A stretch of DNA of 60,621 bases, counting the filler, from Nemertoderma westbladi (Eukaryota > Animalia > Xenacoelomorpha): the NCBI GenBank assembly GCA_032718475.1. It is 3 parts of 3 records of this genome, joined end to end, with 100 filler letters (N's around TTAATTAATTAA, not from the genome) between each part and the next. Parts side by side here need not be neighbours in the genome. Positions count along the whole stretch, not along the records: positions 1 to 25,625 come from JAUCBJ010005198.1; 2 more parts are not named here. One strand, given 5' to 3'. This document shows positions 1 through 13,008 of this stretch, in pieces. Each line of letters begins with the position of its first letter. Position 1 is the stretch's first letter. The position numbers and the translations under genes were made by a program. The notes under the pieces were generated by a model that was not told the DNA's origin, searched no databases, and saw only the letters and a list, made by a program, of their open reading frames with translations.

Positions 1-126
1 CTAATGCACACTTACTGGGTTAATTCGTGCTTGTTTGTCATTACATCGCTACTTACCATTGAACCTACAAAGCATCCACTATGTAACAGCCGCTATATAA
101 TAAACATCTGGATTGGGACAGTAATA

Positions 127-188
127 ACAAAATGAAAACACTTTAGTGTAGAGACACCACTCTCTACACTTAAGTGTTTTCATTTTGT
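127..188. repeat. Near-perfect hairpin (28-bp arms, 1 mismatch, 6-nt loop) upstream of the FReD gene
   Basis: acaaaatgaaaacactttagtgtagaga-caccac-tctctacacttaagtgttttcattttgt. Confidence 0.85.
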
Positions 189-302
189 GAAACTCCCACA
201 CTTTGTATATTTACATAGGAAGTGTGAACTTTTAACTCATTCGCTAAATGACTTTTTATATAACATTATTGTGAGCAATAAATTTATTTACACAAATTTT
301 AA

Positions 303-410
303 ATGTTAAAGACGGCTATTTCACTTTTAGCTTTTGTGGCTCTTTTAGCCGCTGGGTGCCTCGGAGAGAGCAGCGGTGATTCACCGAGAATGGTTGAAAG
401 GAAAGACAAG
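303..410 (+). CDS. Fibrinogen-related domain protein, exon 1 (signal peptide)
   Basis: ATG at 303 gives MLKTAISLLAFVALLAAGCLGESSGDSPRMVERKDK (hydrophobic signal peptide). GTTAGT donor at 411, phase 0, in frame with exon 2. Confidence 0.75.
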
Positions 411-1115
411 GTTAGTTATAGTTATATCTTGGAGATAACCATGGGAATCCAAACAATAAAAATAGAATACAAACCTTGACACAACTTGTCTTTGGCGATT
501 TTCGCAAGACCAATGTACTTGAGAATTCGGCAAGGAAAGTTATGTGTTCAGCGAATTCGGTCTTCTTACTTTTCAATACCAAATTTGGAGGAAGCTTCTA
601 GCTGTGTAACAACTTTTGAATTCCCTCCAATGTTAGTTTCACGTTGAACTATGAATACGTTCGTCTATAACCGAATAGCAGCTAACCACCGAATATGAGC
701 TCTAAAGGCATCAAAAAGGAAATTTGAGTTTGAGCTATGACTGGAAAAATCTATTGAAAATAAATTATCATTAGTTTAAACTTTACCAAACAGACGGACG
801 GACGGACATGCACGTGCACCATTTGCCCAATATGAACAGAATGACAATGCTCGAGGACTGCATGTCTTGCCCCATAAACATGCAGTTATCTGCAAACAAT
901 TTAATAGTTGAAGTTCGAGATAGTGCCTACTACAGTAGTAATAAATCCCATAACCACAGTATAGGCTTACAATTTATGTTCAACACATTAGATGTTAAAT
1001 AATTAATTGTTTTAAAGGCATATGTATTAGTGTCGACTGTGTGAGCAATAATAATAATAACGGCTTCTCTAAAGGTACAAATATTTTTAATTTGATAGAA
1101 GTAATTTTATTGCAG

Positions 1116-1859
1116 GCATCCAATACAACCATGGCATCTGCAACTAAAAACCTTGTTCGACGTTCCGAACAAGTTTGCGAGAAACATATGAGTAGCAAAT
1201 GCCCTAAGCTGAAGGGAATATGTGCACGGCTCAATACTCTGGGGCAGCAGTTGGTCAGATGCAAAGGGAATGTTGTAGCGATACAGATGCAATTGACATC
1301 CGATAGATTGAGCTTCGACCGAAGATGGGATGAATACGTTAAAGGATTCGGTAATCCTGGGGGAAGTTATTGGTTGGGCTTAGACAACATAAAGATGCTA
1401 ACCAATGATTTTGGATCGGTTGAGTTGGGTATTAGGATCAACTATAATGGATATTACTACTGCGCATCCTATTCCACTTTCACAGTCACCGGATCCGATT
1501 ATAGACTTCATGTCGGCACCTACAGTACACCGACTTCCTACAAAGGTGTGAAAAATCCAAACAGCCCCATCATATACCCAGCTCATGATGCCTTGAAACC
1601 TTTAAATGGGATTAGTTTCAGCACTATTGACCATGATCGCGACGAATGGTCTGGACATCTGGTTGATTACTACGGTAGCGGTGGGTGGTGGTATAAGTAC
1701 ACCTACAACAGTAATCTTAATGGTTTGAAATACAGTGCGGAATTCGATCAATTTCCGAAATGGGGGATATTCTGGGCACCCGGTGGTGGACCCAGCTACA
1801 ACTTCTTCAAGGCTCAAGGTTCCGAAATGTGGATTGATTTCAATGGTCGAACGCCATAA
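1116..1859 (+). CDS. Fibrinogen C-terminal domain (FReD; ficolin/tenascin/MFAP4-like) protein, exon 2
   Basis: ttttattgcAG acceptor at 1114-1115. Motifs FDRRWDEYVKGFG, YWLGLDNI, FSTIDHDRD, GGWWY, SNLNG, GIFW. About 283 aa when spliced. Confidence 0.88.
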   Translation, partial: ASNTTMASATKNLVRRSEQVCEKHMSSKCPKLKGICARLNTLGQQLVRCKGNVVAIQMQLTSDRLSFDRRWDEYVKGFGNPGGSYWLGLDNIKMLTNDFGSVELGIRINYNGYYYCASYSTFTVTGSDYRLHVGTYSTPTSYKGVKNPNSPIIYPAHDALKPLNGISFSTIDHDRDEWSGHLVDYYGSGGWWYKYTYNSNLNGLKYSAEFDQFPKWGIFWAPGGGPSYNFFKAQGSEMWIDFNGRTP

Positions 1860-2099
1860 TGCTGAATTGTTAACTTTTTCTGGTTTGGTTGTGTAGGTTT
1901 TTATGTTATATAGATATTATTACATAAAATTATTTTAGTAAATTATTATGGTTATCAAAAAAGCATATAAATTTTACTAATTGTTCCTGGTGGAAGTCTT
2001 ATAATATATCTTTGTTTTATTTACTTATTCCGTAATAAATAGGCTAGGCACCTCTGACCCTGATATCGCCCAATTGCTCCACAATTCCTCGGTCCGAGG

Positions 2100-2205
2100 T
2101 AGATGTCTGGCAGAGGCCTAGTCGCAGAAATTAATTGATATAAAACGCTCGTTGTTTTCTTTATTTGCCAGGGCAATAAAAACTCCAAAAAGATAGTTTA
2201 TTTCC
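2100..2205 (+). mobile_element. Degenerate 3' end of the Penelope-like element (eroded hammerhead)
   Basis: gcagaaattaattgata...ccagggc...aactccaaaaaga aligns to the reverse complement of 35790-35900. Confidence 0.55.
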
Positions 2206-2270
2206 TGAAGTAACTCTGTGTCAGTCTCGGTCATAACATTAGAATATCTTTTGATATTACTACGTCTACT

Positions 2271-3256
2271 CAGGGACAGGATACGATACGATACGATACG
2301 AAAATACGATACGATACGAACCAATTTTTAATGATTCGATACGATACGAATGCAATTTTGTGAAAATACGATACGATACGAAAAATCCAAGATAGGATAC
2401 CTAAAGATAGATTTTTTCGTATCGTATTTTGTCTAAGAGTTGATAAAAAACATGTATTGCATTTTTTGTGTTATTACACTTAGAAAATCATATAAATTAT
2501 CTATATAATTGGCAAGTATTTTTATTTAAATGTTCCAGACCAGTATGCTTGCTACCAGGCCCTGGCTTGCTACTACAGCGGGCAATATTGTATCAATTCT
2601 CCACTGTCTACAACATCCATAAGGACGTTATGCAACGCGGCCCAATAATAGGCGTTACCATAATACCATGCCATTATATGGCATGGTATTATATGCAATT
2701 ACGGAAAATTTTGAATTTGATGTAGGGGGGCCTATGAAATAAAATTCAAAACTTCAATTTCGAAGTTAAACTAATGCTAGAATAAAGCTATAATGTTTTA
2801 TTTATTTTATTATCCCACTATAATGCCTATCATATCATCAAAGGCCTTGTAGGCGCGATTAGAGTTCTCCTCAAAATTTATTATAACTGATATTAGATTA
2901 TATTTCAGTGGTCTTTTTGTCATTATTCTAAAACAGTTAATTAAAATGTGTTAACGATCCTCCTGTCTTACACATTTTATTGGCATAGTAAAACTGTAAG
3001 CTGTAACCTAATTTATACATCAATTTTGAGAAAAAAAAATGTAAACAAATAAGTGGTGTGATCTCTGGTTTGACTGTTGAAAAAATTAATATTTACACAA
3101 AATAATAAGATACGAAAATACGATACGAAATACGAAAAATATTTATTCGTATTATACGATACGACGTCAATTTTTATGATACGATACGAAATTCGATACG
3201 AATAAAATACTGCAATACGAAAAACAGTTTTCGTATCGTATCGTATCCTGTCCCTG
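2271..3256. mobile_element. MITE / non-autonomous DNA transposon with CAGGG termini and subterminal (GATAC)n repeats (hAT-like ends)
   Basis: TIR CAGGGACAGGATACGATACGATACG at 2271, with its inverse ending at 3256. No clean TSD. Confidence 0.75.
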
Positions 3257-3723
3257 CAGTTCTACTTACTAAAGGCATGCTGCATTGAAGTCAGCTGCAT
3301 TATATATATTTATTGTACATATATTAAGAATGCTAATGCTATGCCAGCTTGTCAGCAAAGTTGCGCCACCAGAACACCCTATCACCCAAGATATCTGCTA
3401 GTTCATACGCTGTACATGATTTTTATATACCAGTATATTAGATTAGATTAGATTAGATTAGAGATTAGATAAGGATCATTCGCTTGCCTATGAGCGAGAA
3501 CGATGTAATATGCTCTGTATCCGTATCTCAATAATGCTTTGTATCTGTATATCTGTGTGTCTCTGTATTTCTATTATTTGTATTGGTATTATTATTAGTA
3601 GGCCTATCTACTGTACGTGTGTAATTTATGTGTATACTATATATATTTTCACGCAAAAAATTCATAAGTGAAGTTAAACAATACTTTTCTTCTCTTTGCT
3701 TGATTTGATTAATTATTATTTAC

Positions 3724-4694
3724 TAAAATTCCTGAGTGCTTGGAGCTCATTCACTCCATTATTCTGGACATGTATAGGACACAGAGAGTCCCACAAGAAA
3801 TTAAAATATAAAAGTTTGCCCATGCCCCAAAGAAGGGCAACCTAACAACCTATGAATCTTTTCGTGGAAACTCGTTAATCTCGATTGCTGCAAAGCAATA
3901 CAACAGAATTATATTAAATTGCATCAGAGGTAGCCCAAAGGCTTCTCTGTTCATTTGACGAGGTTGCTTCTAGTGTTTGTCTTTTTGTAAACTCCAAGAT
4001 GTCCAAAATTATGACAGTGAAACTTGATATCCCTCAAGAAATGTCTGATCGTAAGGGCATAAGCTAAAGGGATGGCTTGCTTGAGAATGTTGATGACTTC
4101 TGCTACTTTGGATCATTGATCTGGAAGTCAGGTGAAGACCTTCGGATACGTAAGAGGAAGGCATAGGCAGCATTGAATAGTCTATCCAGGATTTGTAAGT
4201 CCCACAGAATAAATTATTTCTGGCAGCAGTAGTACCAGTACTCTTATATGGGAGTCCATGGTGGGCTCTAACTGCAGAGGATACCAAATCTCTGGACGGC
4301 ACGTTCACATGAATGCTGCACCGGGTTCATTTTGTTATGCACAATGAACGCATCTCCAACCAGAGTATATACCACATTGGAGCTGTTTCATCGTCTCTCC
4401 TAGCTTGACATTAGGAAAGCAGACCATTACTTTGGGCGTGAGGACTAACCAGCGCTTAATCTTGTGCTTTGGCTACATCATGAAGTGAATAAGTATGGTG
4501 GACAGCCCATGACTTTTTTTGAGACGCCTCATGAAGGACACTGGCCTTGAAGATACGGATGATCTAGTAATTGTCAAGGGACCAGACGTTGTGGCGGCGC
4601 AATTTTGTCGACAAGCCGGCACAGAATTCTAAATATATGTAACATATAATGCAGCTTCAACGTAGCATGCCGATAGTACAGTAGTACTAGTAGT
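3724..4694 (+). mobile_element. Old, rearranged RTE LINE fragment (diverged subfamily)
   Basis: Patchy similarity to the RT and C-terminal region of the full-length RTE; degenerate (TAG)n tail. Confidence 0.8.
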
Positions 4695-5010
4695 GCTGAC
4701 AACTTTAATTTTAAATTTCCGTCAACTGAAGCAATTCTTAATCGCTCATCTTTCTTTGCTCCACATACTATAGAGTAGGAATATGTTCGACACAATCCAT
4801 TTCCATCAAGTCATAATAATTATTAATAGGCAATTGCAAGTGATAGTGAAAATGATTCTCAAAGTGAAAGAAAAATTACTGTCAGGTAGGTCGATATTTA
4901 TGGTGCCAGATAGGGGGGAGGGGGGGGGGGGGGGGGGATGCAATCAAAATTGATCCCTCTCCATGGGAAAATCGATGCAAATAACATCCGATTACTTCGA
5001 CTACGATTAC

Positions 5011-5075
5011 TTCGTTTATTGTTTTGGTTAGAATAACGTGCCACTGTAAACTGCTCCTTTCCCTAAATTGATAAT
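5011..5075 (+). repeat. Dispersed monomer of the motif underlying both the 54-bp and 68-bp satellites
   Basis: cgtttattgttttggttagaataacgtgccactgtaaactgctcctttccct. Confidence 0.65.
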
Positions 5076-5402
5076 TTAACATTGAGACAAAATATTAATT
5101 CGCCGTAATGGGATTTGTTGCCCCCCCCCCCCACCCCTGTTTCGACGTCGACGGTGCATAGTGTGATATACCTGCCTGTTGCAAAACTAATTAAAATTCA
5201 TATGTGTATAAACAATATTCCCCAAATCACGATAGGATGTTGACTAACAGTTGAAGGTTATACTGTAGCTATGCGACGTGTGTCACATATAATATCTCAA
5301 AACTCTGGTAAGGTAAACTACGTAAGTGAAAACTGCATTATGTTATACTGTAAATTGAATTCTTATTAAATTGTCTTATTTGCTCTGTTGCTATGGTAAC
5401 GT

Positions 5403-7078
5403 GTATTGCCTGATAACTTTATAGAAGTAAAAGTGTCTGAGTCTGTACTCCCAGACATTCCCATTGGCGATATCTCCTTTGCAGAAGTGAAGGCTGCTGC
5501 AAAGAGCATTAAGACCAATCATGCCAGTGGAGTAGATGGCGTTCCCCCTGAGGTCTTTAAAATACCTGAGTGTTTAAAGCTCATCTATCCCATCAGAGTA
5601 GACATGTACCGAACAACAAGAGTCCCACAAGAAATGAAAACAAATAAGTTGGTGCCAGTTCCCAAGAAGGGCAACCTAACACTCTATGGTTCTTTTCGGG
5701 GAAATCTCATTGATCTCGATTGCTGCAAAGCTATACAATAGGATTCTATTAAATCGCATCAGGGATCCCATTGAGAGACTGCTCCGTGGAAATCAAAATG
5801 GGTTCCGTAAAGGTCGTGGGACCATGGAGCCCATTTTGGCACTTAGAAGGATAATTGAAGAGTTATCAAAAAAGAAAGACAGGCATCTGGCTGTTATCTT
5901 TGTTGACTTCTTCAAGGCCTTTGATTCAGTCTCTCGCTCACGTATGTTCAGCATACTTTCATTATATGGGATTCCTGATGAAATTATTGCAGCAATCAGA
6001 TCAGTATACGATGGTTCGACAACATTTGTGTCTACTGTTGACGGTGACACAGAACCATTTGATGTGTTATGAGGCGTCCTCCAAGGAGACACACTTGCAC
6101 CATTCTTGTTCATTATTGAGGTTGACTATGTTCTACGCATGTCCTTAGATCATTATAATGATGATGGGGTGATGATAACTCCACCTACTGGCTCCAGAAG
6201 TCGAGGAAATCCTGCCAAGTACCTAACTGATCTAGACTTAGCTGATGACTTAGGAGTACTCTCAGAATCATTAGAGGGAGCCCAACGGCTCCTCAGCTCA
6301 TTAGAACATGCTGCTTCTAGTGTTGGTCTTTTTATTAACTCCAGAAAGACCAAAATTCTGACAGTTAACTTTGAAAGACCTCAGCAAGTCTCTGATCGGA
6401 TGAGCATAAGCTCAAAGGATGGTATGCTTGAGCATGTGGACGACTTCTGTTACCTGGGATCATGGATCCGGAAGTCAGGTGAGGACCTTCGAATACGTAA
6501 GGGAAAGGCATGGGCAGCCTTGAATAGGCTTTCCAGGATTTGGAAGTCACCGAGAATTAATCGGAAACTTAAGGTCCGATTATTTAGAGCAGCAGTAGTT
6601 CCAGTACTCCTCTACGGGAGTCCATGCTGGGCTCTAACTGCTGAGGACACCAAATCTCTGGATGGCACATTCACAAGAATGCTATGCCGGGTTCATTGTG
6701 TCAAGTACAATGCACACATCTCCAACCAGACACTATATAACATTGGAGGTGTCTCATTGGTTCCCCCAAGCTTGACACTAGAACAAAATCGCCTCCGCTT
6801 TGCAGGACATTGCTTTCGCCGTGAGGACCAGCCAGTGCATAATCTTGTACTTTGGCAGCCTCATGGAGTGAATAAGCATGGTGGACAGCCCATGACTTTC
6901 TTGAGACGCATCTTAAAGGACACTGGCCTTAAAGATGCGGATGATCTAGCAAATGTCATGGGTGATAAGGGAGTTGTGGCGGTGGAATTTTGTTGACAAG
7001 CCGGCACAGCATTCTTAAAAATGCAGCTGCAATGCAGCATGCCGATCCTAGTAGTAGTAGTAGTAGTACTAGTAGTAG
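5403..7078 (+). mobile_element. 5'-truncated RTE LINE; RT pseudogene
   Basis: Near identical to 21501-23115 of the full copy. Frameshift near 5701, TGA at 6070, FADD changed to LADD, (TAG)n tail. Confidence 0.93.
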
Positions 7079-8310
7079 GACTGTAAATGTCCCCCGAATG
7101 TGTACAATATGACGGGAAGTATTACCATGCTAAAGAGCTGTAATGTTATTTTTATATAATTACAAATATGGGAGGAAATAGTTGAGTAAAGGTACACGAA
7201 TTCTCCACTTAAACTTAATATTTTGATACTTGTTTAAATCACTCTATGGTCCAAATAATGGGCCTGTGTCTGCGACATTAGACGCTATTTGATTTTATAT
7301 TGCCCTTGATGTGTTCCCAAGATGTTATTTAAGTTGTCTGATGGCATTTTTAATTTTTAAAACTGTTTATTGATTTTCTACGGAAAAGAAAAAGTGAGAC
7401 AATGAAATTAATAATTTAAATTTCATAAATATGTTGCTAAGGCGGTTACTAGGGCCGGGTTGGCGAACTGCAAGATAATTTCCGAAATTTTCTTCTTTAC
7501 CAGAGTGTTTACAACAGTTTCAGAACAACATTGATGCATTTTGATTAACTTTCTATAATATATACACTGGTTAAGAGATTCACAACATTCACCATGAACT
7601 TGTATCCTAAAATCGAAGAAACCCATTTTTGAGCAAAATTCTTTGAAGCCCAAAAAAATGCAATAAATCAAAAATGTAGAGGTGGCATCTGGCCTAGCCG
7701 GATTCGCCATGCCTTGAAGTACAAAAATCAGGTGGATGCCAACCATTAACAAAAAATGCCATCTCAACTTAGTTTTAGGGAATTGGCAGGTTGGCTAATA
7801 GGCCTATTTAAATAAAAACTGAATAAAAACCAACACAAAAGAGGTAGGTTTACAAATGACAGCTAAGATCTCTGTTTTTACAACTAGTTTATCACAAACT
7901 GATAGCATCGCATTCACTCATATATATTTTGGGAAAGACGATTTTCGTATATCTAATAGAGATTAGTATAATGTACTTTCTACAGTAATATAGGCTCTCG
8001 TGCTGCGCGAAGGCCCAACGAACGTGTATTAGAGGCACGCAGAACCATTAAGAAGCCTGTTGGTTGAACCCATCAGGCTGCACCAGATCCTCCCTATCCT
8101 ATCGCTCATTTATTGTTGTAATAGGTCGTGTATACCGTATAATCGAAGTACCAATATTAACTAAAGACTTATTTGTGCAAACCCTCACGTTGAGCCCTGA
8201 CTTCGGGGTATTAACTGGTTATCTGTCTCACTGTCTGCTACTTACTTCGCCCATGTGAAGAATACCAGGTTTTCACTTTTCGGTCGAAATTCTATTGGAA
8301 TTTTATATAT

Positions 8311-10718
8311 GAAAAGGTCACAGTGGCACGTTATTCTAACCATGTCAATGAACGAAAGTCTTTAGAAAAGGTTACAGTGGCACGTTATTCTAACCATGTC
8401 AATGAACGAAAGTCTTTAGAAAAGGTTACAGTGGCACGTTATTCTAACCATGTCAATGAACGAAAGTCTTTAGAAAAGGTCACAGTGGCACGTTATTCTA
8501 ACCATGTCAATGAACGAAAGTCTTTAGAAAAGGTCACAGTGGACACGTTATTCTAACCATGTCAATGAACGAAAGTCTTTAGAAAAGGTCACAGTGGCAC
8601 GTTATTCTAACCGTCAATGAACGAAAGTCTTTAGAAAAGGTCACAGTGGCACGTTATTCTAACCATGTCAATGAACGAAAGTCTTTAGAAAAGGTCACAG
8701 TGGCACGTTATTCTAACCGTCAATGAACGAAAGTCTTTAGAAAAGGTTTCAGTGGCACGTTATTCTAACCGTCAATGAACGAAAGTCTTTAGAAAAGGTC
8801 ACAGTGGCACGTTATTCTAACCGTCAATGAATGAAAGTCTTTAGAAAAGGTCACAGTGGCACGTTATTCTAACCGTCAATGAACGAAAGTCTTTAGAAAA
8901 GGTCACAGTGGCACGTTATTCTAACCGTCAATGAACGAAAGTCTTTAGAAAAGGTCACAGTGGCACGTTATTCTAACCGTCAATGAACGAAAGTCTTTAG
9001 AAAAGGTCACAGTGGCACGTTATTCTAACCGTCAATGAACGAAAGTCTTTAGAAAAGGTCACAGTGGCACGTTATTCTAATCGTCAATGAACGAAAGTCT
9101 TTAGAAAAGGTCACAGTGGCACGTTATTCTAACCGTCAATGAACGAAAGTCTTTAGAAAAGGTCACAGTGGCACGTTATTCTAACCGTCAATGAACGAAA
9201 GTCTTTAGAAAAGGTCACAGTGGCACGTTATTCTAACCGTCAATGAACGAAAGTCTTTAGAAAAGGTCACAGTGGCACGTTATTCTAACCGTCAATGAAC
9301 GAAAGTCTTTAGAAAAGGTCACAGTGGCACGTTATTCTAACCATGTCAATGAACGAAAGTCTTTAGAAAAGGTCACAGTGGCACGTTATTCTAACCATGT
9401 CAATGAACGAAAGTCTTTAGAAAAGGTCACAGTGGCACGTTATTCTAACCATGTCAATGAACGAAAGTCTTTAGAAAAGGTCACAGTGGCACGTTATTCT
9501 AACCATGTCAATGAACGAAAGTCTTTAGAAAAGGTCACAGTGGCACGTTATTCTAACCATGTCAATGAACGAAAGTCTTTAGAAAAGGTCACAGTGGCAC
9601 GTTATTCTAACCGTCAATGAACGAAAGTCTTTAGAAAAGGTCACTGTGGCACGTTATTCTAACCGTCAATGAACGAAAGTCTTTAGAAAAGGTCACAGTG
9701 GCACGTTATTCTAACCGCCAATGAACGAAAGTCTTTAGAAAAGGTCACAGTGGCACGTTATTCTAACCATGTCAATGAACGAAAGTCTTTAGAAAAGGTC
9801 ACAGTGGCACGTTATTCTAACCATGTCAATGAACGAAAGTCTTTAGAAAAGGTCACAGTGGCACGTTATTCTAACCATGTCAATGAACGAAAGTCTTTAG
9901 AAAAGGTCACAGTGGCACGTTATTCTAACCATGTCAATGAACGAAAGTCTTTAGAAAAGGTCACAGTGGCACGTTATTCTAACCATGTCAATGAACGAAA
10001 GTCTTTAGAAAAGGTCACAGTGGCACGTTATTCTAACCGTCAATGAACGAAAGTCTTTAGAAAAGGTCACAGTGGCACGTTATTCTAACCGTCAATGAAC
10101 GAAAGTCTTTAGAAAAGGTCACAGTGGCACGTTATTCTAACCCCGTCAATGAACGAAAGTCTTTAGAAAAGGTTACAGTGGCACGTTATTCTAACCATGT
10201 CAATGAACGAAAGTCTTTAGAAAAGGTCACAGTGGCACGTTATTCTAACCATGTCAATGAACGAAAGTCTTTAGAAAAGGTTACAGTGGCACGTTATTCT
10301 AACCATGTCTATGAACGAAAGTCTTTAGAAAAGGTCACAGTGGCACGTTATTCTAACCATGTCAATGAACGAAAGTCTTTAGAAAAGGTTACAGTGGCAC
10401 GTTATTCTAACCATGTCAATGAACGAAAGTCTTTAGAAAAGGTCACAGTGGCACGTTATTCTAACCATGTCAATGAACGAAAGTCTTTAGAAAAGGTCAC
10501 AGTGGCACGTTATTCTAACCATGTCAATGAACGAAAGTCTTTAGAAAAGGTCACAGTGGCACGTTATTCTAACCATGTCAATGAACGAAAGTCTTTAGAA
10601 AAGGTCACAGTGGCACGTTATTCTAACCATGTCAATGAACGAAAGTCTTTAGAAAAGGTTACAGTGGCACGTTATTCTAACCATGTCAATGAACGAAAGT
10701 CTTTAGAAAAGGTCACAG
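8311..10718. repeat. Tandem satellite, 54-bp unit with a 52-bp variant, about 45 copies
   Basis: Unit gtggcacgttattctaacc(at)gtcaatgaacgaaagtctttagaaaaggtcaca; no spacers. Confidence 0.97.
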
Positions 10719-10779
10719 TTTTAAAAATTATTCACAAATATATGTGTTGGACTGGGTTACACTAGTCCACCAACACCAA

Positions 10780-11065
10780 GGTTCCACCTTGGTGTAGTGG
10801 TTGCATTGAATTCACATCTCCCGTAGGTCGTGGGTTCGATCCTCACATGGGCCAGGGCAGTTTTCGTTTCGGCACGAATGCTTTAAAGGGACCAGCCAGG
10901 GCGCATCTCTGCCTTGCATCCTTAAGTGGTAGCTAAATGAGTACTGGAGTTTCCTCTGGGGAGTAACGTTCTGGGGGGACCGCACTGGAAATAAGTCGTC
11001 TGACTTTGTGCGTAATCCCTGGCCTAGCGGCCGAAGAAAATTTACTTTATTTACTTTTACTTTAC
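10780..11065 (+). mobile_element. tRNA-derived SINE (copy 1)
   Basis: A box TGGTGTAGTGG, B box GGTTCGATCC, (TTTAC)n tail. The central gccttgcatcctt...aaatgagtac motif recalls Meta-type SINE domains (from memory). Second copy at 57069. Confidence 0.85.
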
Positions 11066-12150
11066 ATATATTCCCTCGTTCAGGGGACAAGTTGAGTCAC
11101 TATTGTACAGTATGCTTCTATATTGTACCATCCAAATGAATAAGGAAGAAGTACAAATTTCAATCAATTGATTGTTGCGTACGAAAAAAAATATGAAATT
11201 GAAAGTAATCTGCATTAAATTTAAAGTTGGACACAAATAAAACTTGGCAAACGGTTACATTATCTTTGTCAGTAATGAGTACTGTATGTAGAGTAGGATG
11301 TAGGCCTACACTGTATTCATTTGTTATATACTATATTTGGCTAGCATTTAACACTGTCACAGGGGTTCACTTTGCATGGTTGAGTGTTTCATATATTGGA
11401 AACAATCTTAAACGACAATCTTAAATTTTCCCTCCTTTGTTTCTATATAATATTGTTGTTTCAAAACTTGTTGTTGTTGTTTCAAATTTTGTGTATGTTT
11501 GCCACGTATGCCAATGAACATAATTTGTAAAGAAAAATAATTATTATCTTAAATTATTAAATAAATTTAATTAATTATTATCTATATTAAAAACAGTTTT
11601 GGTAGTTTTTTACGCCTAATGCAGACATGCTACTTTGAATAATAACATTGGAAAATAAGTCACCAACTAAGAAAATCCATATTATTATATAATATTTTAG
11701 ACAGATAGTATGATTTCTATTGTTTTGGATACATAGTGCTGACGGATAGACTGAAAGCGGACAACGGAGTCAAACGGAGAGACTCCAATATCTCGAAAAG
11801 TAAAAGAGATCTTGCTAAATGGTTTTCAAAATTGGAATCTTGATAGAATTCTGCCCTAGATACAATAGAAAAAAAATGTGAAAAAATACCACAAAGCAGT
11901 GTACCAAACTGTGTACGTGGACCAGCGTAACAAATAATAAGTAAAAATTACAGGTTTATGCGGTAGGTGTTCTAATCATATATACAGTAGGCCTACTTAT
12001 TAATTAGGTATTAATTAGATGTTTATATTATGTTTTATTCAATTGTATTGATTAAGATGTATTATTGTGTTCGTTTATAACTGATAATAATGCTTAGCAG
12101 TGTGACATGTGCAGATTATTCTGCGATCAAGGAAGCTTCACGGTACCGTA

Positions 12151-12377
12151 CACACCGGGTTTGAACCAACTTTTAATTAAAAAAAAAATGAACGGTCAAA
12201 ATGAATATCTCACGTGATTCATATCAATATTCTTAGTTTAAAAAACCAAATTAAAAAAAACGGTCGATTACTTTTTGAAATATTTGAAAAAACCGTTTTT
12301 GACCAAAAATAGCACTTTGACACCAAATTTTGACCGTTCAATTTTTTCGAACTGGAAGTTGGTTCCAGCCCGGTGTG
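12151..12377. mobile_element. Small MITE just upstream of Arf
   Basis: TIR CACACCGGGTTTGAACCAACTT / AAGTTGGTTCCAGCCCGGTGTG; no obvious TSD. Confidence 0.65.
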
Positions 12378-12424
12378 GGTAGTGCTTTCTATCCTTTGGA
12401 TAATTATACAGTAAAACTACCGTT

Positions 12425-12976
12425 ATGGGGAATACAGTTGCATCGCTCCTCCGTAATTTATGTGGAAATAGAGATATGAAGATATTAATGTTGGGACTTG
12501 ATGGAGTAGGGAAGACTGCTATTTTGTATAAGTTAAAGCTTGGAATAACTGTAGCAAACATTCCAACTGAAGGTTTAAATGTTGAAACTGTTGAATATAA
12601 GAATATTCGGTTTACAGTGTGGGATGTTAGTGGGCAAAAAAAATCTAGGCCTTTATGGAAGTATTTTGTGAAGAATACTCATGGGTTGATCTTTGTTGTT
12701 GATAGTAGCGACATCGAGCGATTGGATGAGGCCAGGGAAGAACTCATGAGAATATTAGCTGCAGATGAACTCCGTGAAGCTCTGCTGCTTGTATTAGCAA
12801 ACAAACACGATTTACCGTACGCTATGAGAACTGCAGAGATCACTGATAGACTGGGGTTGAATTCCTTGTCTCCAGGACGTAGTTGGTCCATCGAAGAAAC
12901 CTGTGCGACATCGGGAGACGGACTGTACGAAGGTATAGACTGGCTCACCAACCAGCTGAAACCCAATAAAAAGTGA
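12425..12976 (+). CDS. ARF: ADP-ribosylation factor (Arf1-like) small GTPase, intronless and divergent
   Basis: MG myristoylation start, GLDGVGKT P-loop, [32 protein letters not shown]; 183 aa. Confidence 0.9.
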   Translation: MGNTVASLLRNLCGNRDMKILMLGLDGVGKTAILYKLKLGITVANIPTEGLNVETVEYKNIRFTVWDVSGQKKSRPLWKYFVKNTHGLIFVVDSSDIERLDEAREELMRILAADELREALLLVLANKHDLPYAMRTAEITDRLGLNSLSPGRSWSIEETCATSGDGLYEGIDWLTNQLKPNKK

Positions 12977-13008
12977 TGGTTACTAAAATCGATCCAAACA
13001 CTCATTAA

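Noticed and set aside
1041-1115. N-terminus of the 272-aa ORF as given in the ORF track
   Set aside because: Starts at GTG and is intronic read-through; the splice acceptor at 1115 and the upstream signal-peptide exon explain the gene better.
8311-10718. CRISPR array or repetitive protein (VARYSNHVNERKSLEKVT)n
   Set aside because: No unique spacers and no cas genes, in a eukaryotic context; the 52-bp variants break the frame repeatedly.
10780-10855. Genuine tRNA gene (also 38975 and 57069)
   Set aside because: A and B boxes only, with no acceptor or anticodon stems; at 10780 and 57069 it continues into a SINE body and tail.
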